Virus record (IMG/VR): IMGVR_UViG_3300019487_000009
Coordinates: 1-45,470 of that record
Reading direction: 5' to 3' (one strand)
DNA from: a virus
Length of the DNA stretch: 45,470 nt
The position numbers and the translations under genes were made by a program. Below are positions 15,956-22,489 of this stretch, piece by piece (positions within the stretch are counted from its first letter, which is position 1; every line of letters starts with the position of its first letter). The notes below the pieces were generated by a model that was given only the letters and a program-made list of their open reading frames with translations, made no database searches and was not told where the DNA came from.

Positions 15956-16128
15956 GGGTTATCCCCGAAGCCAGCCCCCCTCGCCTTGCGGGCGATCCTC
16001 AGCGTGACCAGGGCGTGCGTGAAGATGGCGACTACCACCATGGCCACGGTGAAGGTGAGAAGAGACAGGCTTGAGTTGATATTGACAAGCGCGGTCAGTA
16101 AGTACAGCACGAAATCTTCTGGAGCCAT
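15952..16128 (-). CDS. Small membrane protein (58 aa)
   Basis: Read from the gap. MAPEDFVLYLLTALVNINSSLSLLTFTVAMVVVAIFTHALVTLRIARKARGAGFGDNP; SD gtgagg. Confidence 0.5.
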   Translation of the reverse strand: MAPEDFVLYLLTALVNINSSLSLLTFTVAMVVVAIFTHALVTLRIARKARGAGFGDNP

Positions 16129-16139
16129 CGAAACCTCAC

Positions 16140-16529
16140 TTAGCTTGGAAAGCTTCCCCCGCCACTGGTTACCTGGATATCCCCCAGTCCCTTGGCCTTC
16201 TCGATCGCGCTCTTGAGCTCTGCCTCGGCACGCTCCCGAATGTGAGCCGCCTGTATCGGGATATTGTATAGGGCGGAGCGGATTGATCTTATGGCATCAC
16301 GCCTACCCTGAAGGTAGCTGATGGAATCTGTCGTTAGCGGTCCACTGTCCAAGGCAGACCTAGTGATGGCTCCCTCCATGTGCGCGAACAGGTCCAGCAG
16401 GGTTTGAAAGTCCTGGGGCCTTGCGGCCTCTAGCTCGGCGATAGAACTAGCTTGCCTTGTGACAAAAGCCGACAATTCTTCTTGGGTTTGGTCCCTGTAA
16501 GACTGTAAATCTTCATGGCTCAAGCTCAC
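16140..16529 (-). CDS. Hypothetical helical protein (129 aa)
   Basis: GTG start in a GTGA overlap with the upstream ORF; balanced composition. Confidence 0.6.
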   Translation of the reverse strand: MSLSHEDLQSYRDQTQEELSAFVTRQASSIAELEAARPQDFQTLLDLFAHMEGAITRSALDSGPLTTDSISYLQGRRDAIRSIRSALYNIPIQAAHIRERAEAELKSAIEKAKGLGDIQVTSGGGSFPS

Positions 16530-16699
16530 GATCTTCCTCCATACAGGGCAAACGCTTGCCCGTTGCCCTTGATTGTCGAGTACGCCAAAGACGAGAACGA
16601 CTTGGGATTCCTGCTGCGCCTTGACGCGGCATCCCTACGGCGCTTTGCCGCAAACCTGTTTCCGTACCGTTTCCTTGCTTCTTTCCCGGTGCTTGTCAC
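16526..16699 (-). CDS. Small basic protein (57 aa)
   Basis: GTG 16699 behind SD ggaggggggg. GTGA overlaps at both ends. Internal part of listed ORF 16526..16807. Confidence 0.45.
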   Translation of the reverse strand: MTSTGKEARKRYGNRFAAKRRRDAASRRSRNPKSFSSLAYSTIKGNGQAFALYGGRS

Positions 16700-16917
16700 A
16701 AAGCCCCCCCTCCTAATACCTCTTCCCACAGGAGACAGTCGTCCTTTGGGTACTGTTTTGCCGAAGCGGCGTTCAGGGCGCCGAGTTTCAGTTTCTTGAT
16801 GCGCCATAGCTCAAGCAACCTTTCCCTATGTTTCTCACGTTCGTCGTCTCCCAGATCGGGCGGGAGGATGGGGTTCAGCACCCTCCTGGCCTTGCCGCGG
16901 CGCCCCCAAACACTCAT
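16696..16917 (-). CDS. Hypothetical protein (73 aa)
   Basis: ATG 16917 behind SD aagggggg. ATGA overlap with the upstream ORF. Confidence 0.55.
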   Translation of the reverse strand: MSVWGRRGKARRVLNPILPPDLGDDEREKHRERLLELWRIKKLKLGALNAASAKQYPKDDCLLWEEVLGGGAL

Positions 16918-17102
16918 TTTCCCCCCTTGCACTGAATGCACATGCACGGCAATGGCCAGTCACACCAGGCTCGCCATGGTTCCTCTTCCAGCACCTTGGC
17001 CCTCTCCCCTGAGTTCAGGTTGCGGCCATTCTCCCTGCCTCCCGGATCGGGTGTGGTGTGCAGGAAGTATGGGATGTGACTTGTGAGTAGGCTATTCCTC
17101 AT
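16914..17102 (-). CDS. Hypothetical protein (62 aa) with Cys-rich C-terminus (CDWPLPCMCIQC)
   Basis: ATG 17102 lies inside the last codons of the upstream gene (11-nt overlap); its stop overlaps the next start. Confidence 0.45.
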   Translation of the reverse strand: MRNSLLTSHIPYFLHTTPDPGGRENGRNLNSGERAKVLEEEPWRAWCDWPLPCMCIQCKGGK

Positions 17103-17319
17103 CTTCCCAGTCAAAAATCGGCGTATTGCCTGCCAGCATTTCCCTATCGCGGGCCTCGAGTAGGTCAAGGGTCCTGGCCCGGGTGTCTGGTGTGTCTTTC
17201 AGGCCGTTCTTTCTGAGGTACGTCTCGACCCTCCCTAGGATCCTGAGCCGGCGAGCCTCAGCCCGCGACTGCGGGCGGGGGTCCAGATTCAGGGACTTTC
17301 TCACGTCACTTGGCTTCAT
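17092..17319 (-). CDS. Hypothetical protein (75 aa)
   Basis: SD gtgagg then ATG 17319. Charged helical composition. Confidence 0.6.
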   Translation of the reverse strand: MKPSDVRKSLNLDPRPQSRAEARRLRILGRVETYLRKNGLKDTPDTRARTLDLLEARDREMLAGNTPIFDWEDEE

Positions 17320-17329
17320 GGTACCTCAC

Positions 17330-17359
17330 ATTATAGCATGCTCCGATCCTACCAGTGAA
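17330..17359 (-). promoter_or_regulatory. Internal sigma70-like promoter (TTCACT-N18-TATAAT) in the leftward operon
   Basis: Read on the minus strand: ttcact ggtaggatcggagcatgc tataat gtgaggtacc ATG. Perfect -10, weak -35. The -10 is very close to the SD. Confidence 0.35.
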
Positions 17360-17825
17360 GATTCGCCTGGCAGGCACGCCCCCCGACCCACCAGGGTCCC
17401 TTGTGGCCAGGATCGCTATCTCCCCTCGGGGAGACGAGCAGCCGCGCCAGGTGGACAGACTCGTGCCCGAAGCTCTCGGACCATCCGGGCCCCCCGTGCC
17501 AGTCGAGGACCAACATCTTCCTCGGTCCCACCATGCACCCCCCAACCAGACCCTCGTGCCCAGGACAACGAATGGCCGCCTGCCCCGAAGGGTACACCCC
17601 CAGCGCCGCGGGAGCCGTGAGGACTACCTCGACCCCCTCCGGCTCCGCCCCGGGAGCGTCGGCACATGCCCGGACCTGGTCAAACATTTGGGAAGCCTCT
17701 TCGGCGTGGGATGGGGAAGCCCCTACTCCTGTTACCACGAAGCGGACCCGGATGTTGGGTGCGGTTGTCCCCTGGAAGGCGCACCCCCCGAGGGTAAGGA
17801 CGAGGACAGGCAGGGATTTCTTCAT
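17349..17825 (-). CDS. Lipoprotein (158 aa) carrying an HExxH motif; putative zinc metallopeptidase
   Basis: Signal plus lipobox MKKSLPVLVLTLGGC. HESVH at residues 121-125 (17451..17465). Start at the internal ATG 17825 of the listed ORF. Confidence 0.6.
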   Translation of the reverse strand: MKKSLPVLVLTLGGCAFQGTTAPNIRVRFVVTGVGASPSHAEEASQMFDQVRACADAPGAEPEGVEVVLTAPAALGVYPSGQAAIRCPGHEGLVGGCMVGPRKMLVLDWHGGPGWSESFGHESVHLARLLVSPRGDSDPGHKGPWWVGGRACQANLHW

Positions 17826-18010
17826 TGTCCCTCTCTGCCATATTCGGAGGCCGCGAACAGAAAGAGTGACCAGCAATCCGGGCAGACTACCTCGACCAAT
17901 GTCCTGTAGCCGGAGCTCAGTTTAACAACGTATTCTGGTGTAATGAAGCCGTCCTGTCCCATCTCGCGCGGCTTGCCACACGATCGACACTTCACCCCGA
18001 ACATCACCAT
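17822..18010 (-). CDS. Zinc-ribbon protein (62 aa)
   Basis: CRSC ... CPDC. ATGA overlap with the lipoprotein gene. Confidence 0.6.
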   Translation of the reverse strand: MVMFGVKCRSCGKPREMGQDGFITPEYVVKLSSGYRTLVEVVCPDCWSLFLFAASEYGREGQ

Positions 18011-18022
18011 GAGCCCCTCCTA

Positions 18023-18247
18023 CTAATGCTCGCCCGGCCATCCGCAATCCTCGCATCTCACCCTGATCCTGCCTGAATGGTGGCCCGTTATAAAGACTGG
18101 CCCGCCGCACTCCTGGCAGTAGCCGTCCCCGTTGTCGTCGGAGCGTGGTCCGATGTTGCCACTGTAGCCGTCTTCGTCTTCTGGTGTCATTGGAAAGCCC
18201 CTAACGCTATCCCAACCAATACGTACTCCATTTAGTCCATCACCCAT
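18023..18247 (-). CDS. Zinc-ribbon protein (74 aa)
   Basis: CQEC ... CEDC with an acidic N-terminal half. Confidence 0.6.
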   Translation of the reverse strand: MGDGLNGVRIGWDSVRGFPMTPEDEDGYSGNIGPRSDDNGDGYCQECGGPVFITGHHSGRIRVRCEDCGWPGEH

Positions 18248-18399
18248 ATCCTCACTAACGTCTCTCGATCAGCCGATTCTTGATAGGCCAGTGAAGCCCA
18301 CAGTTTGACTCGCTCATCAAATGCCCATGTCAGTACCCAATCCTTGTTTTTGCTTTCCCATTCACCTATTACTTCAACGTACTTCTCTTCGATTGTCAC
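18232..18399 (-). CDS. Hypothetical protein (55 aa)
   Basis: GTG 18399 behind SD aaggggggg. The upstream part of listed ORF 18232..18492 is Pro/Gly/Arg-rich and judged non-coding. Confidence 0.5.
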   Translation of the reverse strand: MTIEEKYVEVIGEWESKNKDWVLTWAFDERVKLWASLAYQESADRETLVRIWVMD

Positions 18400-18687
18400 G
18401 AGCCCCCCCTTCTCTTGTGCCTCTCTGGGCCCACCGAACCCTAGCGCGGTCCATGGTGCGGGCACCCCGCGCGGCCGACACGGGCCCGGCAAGCCCAGAG
18501 AGACAGGGGTTCGGCCTCCCGCACCCCGGGGTTAGGCTACCTTCCGCCCTTCGCTGTGGTAACCCCCGCCATCGACTTTAAGCGGATGAAGACCGACTTA
18601 TGTCGAGGTACCTGAGGCTTGTTGACGTACCGCCCCGAGTCTGGTAAGGCTCGTCCATCTCAACCTCCCAATTTAGCCTTGCTCGAT

Positions 18688-18912
18688 TTACCTTGTGTAA
18701 TAAGACAGCCGGCAATCCATTCCGCAGAATGATCGATTGTCCAAGGTAGGCCGGGTTTTGTCATCATCAAGCCAGCCATACGTGAACCTCCCCGGACTTC
18801 CCCCGCACCATGCACAGGCCTTGCGGTCTGATGGGACCACGCTCACCCGGATCACGTTTCCGCGGCCGAACGGATCACGGCGGATGGAGACGACAGTCGG
18901 TATCTTCATCAT
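18688..18912 (-). CDS. Zinc-binding small protein (74 aa)
   Basis: CAWCG ... CGMDC. ATGA overlap with the upstream gene. Confidence 0.6.
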   Translation of the reverse strand: MMKIPTVVSIRRDPFGRGNVIRVSVVPSDRKACAWCGGSPGRFTYGWLDDDKTRPTLDNRSFCGMDCRLSYYTR

Positions 18913-19271
18913 AGCTCCTGACTCAACACTTCGTTTATGGAATCGGCGATCCAGTCGCCAGCATCGTTAGTGGCGCGTTCGTTGATCCTCACGGAGCCCA
19001 GCTCCAATGCACCGTCAGGCCTACGGTTCAGCGTCACCCACACGGGATACCATCCACAGTAGCTACCCTCATCCATGGCGTGATACTCCGTGTACAGCAT
19101 CAGGCCTCTACCGCGAGGACGGACTTCTATCGTCCAGTTGTCATCCAAGCCACTCCCATGTGGTAGGCGCCACGCGAAAGATTCAAGGCTTTCCTGTGGT
19201 GTCGCTTGGGAGCCCTCTGGTGCATCGGTGTAGACCCTATAGTGCAACTGACCGGACAGCAAATCTCGCAT
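18909..19271 (-). CDS. Hypothetical protein (120 aa)
   Basis: SD taaggt then ATG 19271. Balanced composition. Confidence 0.6.
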   Translation of the reverse strand: MRDLLSGQLHYRVYTDAPEGSQATPQESLESFAWRLPHGSGLDDNWTIEVRPRGRGLMLYTEYHAMDEGSYCGWYPVWVTLNRRPDGALELGSVRINERATNDAGDWIADSINEVLSQEL

Positions 19272-19275
19272 TGCT

Positions 19276-19494
19276 TTACCTTACTCTAGTGAAAGTCACG
19301 CCTTGCTCTGGGACGGGGACCACTGCGGCATCCCGACTTATGTTGGTATGCACCCCGACGCTCTCCAGTAACGCCACGAGGGCCGCAACTGTAGCCTCCC
19401 CGGCAAAGATCCCCGGTGAAGTGGCCTCGAAGCCTTGCGGGAGCAATACGCCGTCACGCTCACCCCACACACGGATAGTCTTTGCCTTCCTCAT
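19276..19494 (-). CDS. Hypothetical protein (72 aa)
   Basis: SD agaggg upstream of ATG 19494. Confidence 0.55.
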   Translation of the reverse strand: MRKAKTIRVWGERDGVLLPQGFEATSPGIFAGEATVAALVALLESVGVHTNISRDAAVVPVPEQGVTFTRVR

Positions 19495-19544
19495 TTCCGC
19501 ACGCCCTCTTCGACGATGGAGAAGCTACCCGACTTGATCCTCAG

Positions 19545-19679
19545 TTACACCACAACGACAAGATCATGCTCGTAGACGTACCAACTGTGATTGAACTGGT
19601 TGAAATGAATGCAACAGGTTTGCATGCCATGCTCCCAAATGACCCAGTGAGTCTCGGTTTCGCGGAGGTCGCTTTTCAT
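19545..19679 (-). CDS. Hypothetical small protein (44 aa)
   Basis: ATGA overlap with the upstream gene. MKSDLRETETHWVIWEHGMQTCCIHFNQFNHSWYVYEHDLVVVV. Below the ORF-track cutoff. Confidence 0.4.
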   Translation of the reverse strand: MKSDLRETETHWVIWEHGMQTCCIHFNQFNHSWYVYEHDLVVVV

Positions 19680-19909
19680 TTCAAACCCCCATCAGGGTAC
19701 ACGTAAGAATGAGACGAGATTGCGTGCTCCCGGTAGCTGACGAAAGTACGTTCCTCGCCGGTGGCCGGGTCCACGATGGTACGCGGGACACCCTCCCGGT
19801 AGTAAGCCGCACAGACGTTGACCCTGGTGATGGTGACCACAGGCCCGACCTCAGTCATGCGGCACCGCTGGCCAGGGACCAGCCGCGGAGGTCGCGTCCA
19901 GCTCTTCAT
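19676..19909 (-). CDS. Hypothetical protein (77 aa)
   Basis: 4-nt overlaps with both neighbours. Confidence 0.55.
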   Translation of the reverse strand: MKSWTRPPRLVPGQRCRMTEVGPVVTITRVNVCAAYYREGVPRTIVDPATGEERTFVSYREHAISSHSYVYPDGGLK

Positions 19910-20097
19910 CGGCGGGGCCTGCTAAGCGGTGGTACCGTGCCCATGGCTGCAACCCACAGAGCATCTCCAGGTAGCCAGCCGGCCTCACGTGCCCGGGAAT
20001 AGCGTATGGAGAACGGCCGAACCTGCTGAGTCAAGGTCATCCCCTGTGATAGTATCACCAGGACCAGCGCAATCCGAAGCATCCATTTGTCAATCAC
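19906..20097 (-). CDS. Small membrane protein (63 aa)
   Basis: TM segment MLRIALVLVILSQGM. GTGA overlap with the upstream gene. Confidence 0.55.
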   Translation of the reverse strand: MIDKWMLRIALVLVILSQGMTLTQQVRPFSIRYSRAREAGWLPGDALWVAAMGTVPPLSRPRR

Positions 20098-20279
20098 TTG
20101 GCACCGTCTTCCTTGACTTCCTCGCGCTTCCCGTCCGCCTTGCTGGCCTTACGCTTTTTGCTGAATCCGCCACCGCAGTCTTGACATAGATAATGGACTA
20201 GTAACCCTTGTCGCCCGAGGAAGGCATCGGACTCGTTTTGCACGGTCTCGCACCAAGGGCATTTTATCAGCCTTATCAC
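20094..20279 (-). CDS. Zinc-ribbon protein (61 aa) with Lys/Glu-rich tail
   Basis: CPWC ... CQDC. C-terminus EEVKEDGAK repeats that of the upstream gene. Confidence 0.6.
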   Translation of the reverse strand: MIRLIKCPWCETVQNESDAFLGRQGLLVHYLCQDCGGGFSKKRKASKADGKREEVKEDGAK

Positions 20280-20533
20280 TTAACACCGTCTTCCTTGAAT
20301 TCCTCACCCGCCTTCCTGAGCCATCCTCGCTCTCGATCGTACAGGATGAACCCCGTAGCCTTACGGCACTTGAGACAATACTCGGGGAAACCGCTGTAGC
20401 CTATCCCATTGGTTGTAAGCGCGGATGCCTCGATACGAGCCCCACACACCGCGAGGCGAGAATCGATCCAGTCAGGCCGAGCTGCATGGTAGCGGCGCCG
20501 GCCGACGTTGCGGTACCAAGTCGGTCGGCTCAT
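20276..20533 (-). CDS. Hypothetical Cys-containing protein (85 aa)
   Basis: AVCG ... CLKC. C-terminus EEFKEDGVK. 4-nt overlaps with both neighbours. Confidence 0.55.
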   Translation of the reverse strand: MSRPTWYRNVGRRRYHAARPDWIDSRLAVCGARIEASALTTNGIGYSGFPEYCLKCRKATGFILYDRERGWLRKAGEEFKEDGVK

Positions 20534-20733
20534 CTCTCACCCCCAGACCTCAGATCACAATACAACTGGCATGTATCGAGTAGCGTTAGGTCCTGTAGAT
20601 CCTTTAACTTGAAGTGCACCCTAAGCGCTTCTAGCATTACAATGAGGCCTTCGTGGACGTTGCCGCTTAGTATCTTTCGCTCTAGCTCTGCCGGATCGCT
20701 GGCAGTGTCGAGGCTCATCGTCTCCCCGGTCAT
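20530..20733 (-). CDS. Hypothetical protein (67 aa)
   Basis: SD agagagg upstream of ATG 20733. Confidence 0.55.
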   Translation of the reverse strand: MTGETMSLDTASDPAELERKILSGNVHEGLIVMLEALRVHFKLKDLQDLTLLDTCQLYCDLRSGGER

Positions 20734-20744
20734 CTCGCGCCTCT

Positions 20745-21017
20745 CTACTCGCTCACGTAGACTTGGCCTCGGGCTGAATGTTCCAGGGCCGTTGTCCAGT
20801 CGGTCCTGTCCTCGACGGCAACGACTTTCATCCGGCCATCGAAGGTGACGCCAACCGAGACGAGCTCGGCGGCGTCAGATGGGTGGGCGTAGAGCGTGAT
20901 GTCTCGGCCTCGCCACTTGTTCACCGTGCGCCCGAGGACCCTAAACTCACGCTCGATCTTGGACAGCTCCCACTCAGTGTTGTTGTAAACGGTCGCGCAA
21001 GTCGGCTTCTTCTTCAT
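20745..21017 (-). CDS. Hypothetical protein (90 aa)
   Basis: SD aggtgga upstream of ATG 21017. Confidence 0.6.
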   Translation of the reverse strand: MKKKPTCATVYNNTEWELSKIEREFRVLGRTVNKWRGRDITLYAHPSDAAELVSVGVTFDGRMKVVAVEDRTDWTTALEHSARGQVYVSE

Positions 21018-21084
21018 AGCTTGTCCACCTATGGAAGATACGGCAGGACCGTCGCAATGTCAAGGGGCTTCTTGGCCATTAGAG

Positions 21085-21462
21085 TCACTTCCCCGCACCC
21101 GCGACAGAGCGTCGGATCGAAGCGTACTCCGTGCCCCAAGGGTAGCTCGCCATGCCGTACCACTCCGACACTACGAGCCTCAGGGCTTCGATGAAGTCGG
21201 GACCGTGATGATTAATCCTCCCGCCCCGCTCCCAGCGGTAGGGGTTGCGCACGTTGACAACATGGTGCGCGAACTCATGAAGGATGGAGGCCTCCGCCCC
21301 ACGCCAGCATCGTGGTCCAACCACAATCAGCATCGAAACCAGGCCATACCTCCCCCGACGTGCGCGATCCGACCAACGCATCCCAGGGGCGCTCACCCCC
21401 AGGGCGGAAGAGAGCAGGAGGATCATCTCGGCCGCTTCTGTGCGGCTCATGGAGCAGCTCAC
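21085..21462 (-). CDS. SprT/YgjP-like HExxH zinc metallopeptidase-fold protein (125 aa)
   Basis: ILHEFAHHV (HEFAH at 21265..21279) followed by NHHGPDF, resembling the HExxH...H(G/S)..F arrangement of SprT-like domains. GTGA overlap with the upstream gene. Confidence 0.55.
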   Translation of the reverse strand: MSCSMSRTEAAEMILLLSSALGVSAPGMRWSDRARRGRYGLVSMLIVVGPRCWRGAEASILHEFAHHVVNVRNPYRWERGGRINHHGPDFIEALRLVVSEWYGMASYPWGTEYASIRRSVAGAGK

Positions 21463-21818
21463 TGCGCGCCTCCGGCCCGGGCGTGGCGTGCCGCAAGGCG
21501 CGCGGCACCGTAGGCGAGCGCCATGTTGTGACCTACCGTCATATGGTACTCCGCCAGGCAGGACCAGTAGGCTACCGGATCGTCTTCGTACTCGACAAAG
21601 CGGGGAAGCTCGCGGAAGTTACCGACCCTCAGCGCCGAGGTACGGAGGGGGTCGGGATCACCGCCCCCCGATCGGGTCACCGTGTTGCCGAACACATCCG
21701 TGACCCTGACGCGCCACAGACCCGTGACGGGGCTGTAGCGGACATGATGCCACCGGCTCCACGCGCCAGGCACGTGCACCACGTAGTGTGTTTCGACTTC
21801 GTGGAATGTGCTGTTCAC
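21459..21818 (-). CDS. Hypothetical protein (119 aa); first gene of the leftward operon
   Basis: GTG 21818 behind SD gggagg, 18 nt downstream of a consensus-like promoter. Confidence 0.6.
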   Translation of the reverse strand: MNSTFHEVETHYVVHVPGAWSRWHHVRYSPVTGLWRVRVTDVFGNTVTRSGGGDPDPLRTSALRVGNFRELPRFVEYEDDPVAYWSCLAEYHMTVGHNMALAYGAARLAARHARAGGAQ

Positions 21819-21836
21819 TCTTGCCTCCCACTACCA

Positions 21837-21865
21837 AATCTACGCCTGGGGTGCCCCGGTGTCAA
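21837..21865 (-). promoter_or_regulatory. Leftward promoter, TTGACA-N17-TAGATT
   Basis: Minus strand reads aaaagaaacccc TTGACA ccggggcaccccaggcg TAGATT tggtagtgggaggcaagaGTG. Perfect -35, 17-nt spacer, 4/6 -10, A-rich tract upstream. Confidence 0.55.
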
Positions 21866-22143
21866 GGGGTTTCTTTTGTTCAGGCCATGAAGCATCTCGG
21901 GCACGAGGGGCCGAGGGCCAGTGTTGAGGCCATGTCCGGCGCCCCGACACTGTGCCCGTTCGACCTGGGGTTGGGAGGTCGGGGGCAGTGGCCCTGCACT
22001 GCTGACTTCCCTCCCCGCCCCCCGGGGTGTCCTGATAGGGTGACACCCCTCGGCCCCCCGGGGGCCGGAGCCAGGCAGGCCAGGCCGGGGGGCCGCGACG
22101 GGTGGGATGGGCTGGCGCCCGACCCGGCCCGACCTCGGGCTGT

Positions 22144-22191
22144 GGGGGTGGGCGGGGCCCTCGGGACTGGGGTGGGTGTGGGGTGGCTGGG
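22144..22191 (+). other. Two tandem canonical G-quadruplex-forming motifs on the + strand (sequence motif only)
   Basis: GGGGG-t-GGG-c-GGGG-ccctc-GGG (22144-22165) and GGGG-t-GGG-tgt-GGGG-tggct-GGG (22169-22191). Confidence 0.6.
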
Positions 22192-22328
22192 TGGTCCGAG
22201 CCCCGGTCGGGTGATTAACCCGGTTTCCCCGGGCGGGGGGCCCCACAGTCGGAGGATAACCCTGCTCCGTCACGCCTGGGTGTGTGTAGAATGGTAACAC
22301 CCGGGTGTGGCTGTGGGGACACACTCGT

Positions 22329-22459
22329 AGCTGCCCCGCCTGTCCCGAGCTGTCCCCAAGCTGTCCGGGGACAGCTAGACCCACTTCGGAGCTGTCCCCG
22401 TTGTCCCCGGGGCTATAAGCCCCGAACGGGGACAGCTCGGGGGCAGCTTCTGGGCAGCT
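22329..22459. repeat. Array of about 9 copies of AGCTG(T/C)CCCC / GGGG(A/G)CAGCT; candidate operator or origin iterons
   Basis: Forward copies at 22329, 22348, 22359, 22390 (plus variant at 22400). Inverted copies at 22367, 22428, 22439, 22452. No credible ORF covers them. Confidence 0.7.
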
Positions 22460-22489
22460 CCGGGTAAGGTCGAGTAGGGTTCACTCCTA

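Noticed and set aside
16515-17925. + strand ORFs inside the leftward operon (16515..16799, 17126..17620, 17355..17909, 17401..17925)
   Set aside because: They are Pro/Arg/Ser-rich, mutually overlapping and lack SDs. The minus strand carries a continuous chain of SD-preceded, start/stop-coupled ORFs that includes a lipobox protein.
22287-22292. TAGAAT as a second rightward promoter -10
   Set aside because: There is no -35 or TGn extension at the correct spacing. It is an isolated hexamer in a region dense with other motifs.
21788-22384. ORFs 21788..22297 (+) and 21815..22384 (-) in the control region
   Set aside because: Extreme Pro/Gly/Arg low complexity and no SD. They overlap the promoter, G-run and repeat elements, so I judged them non-coding.
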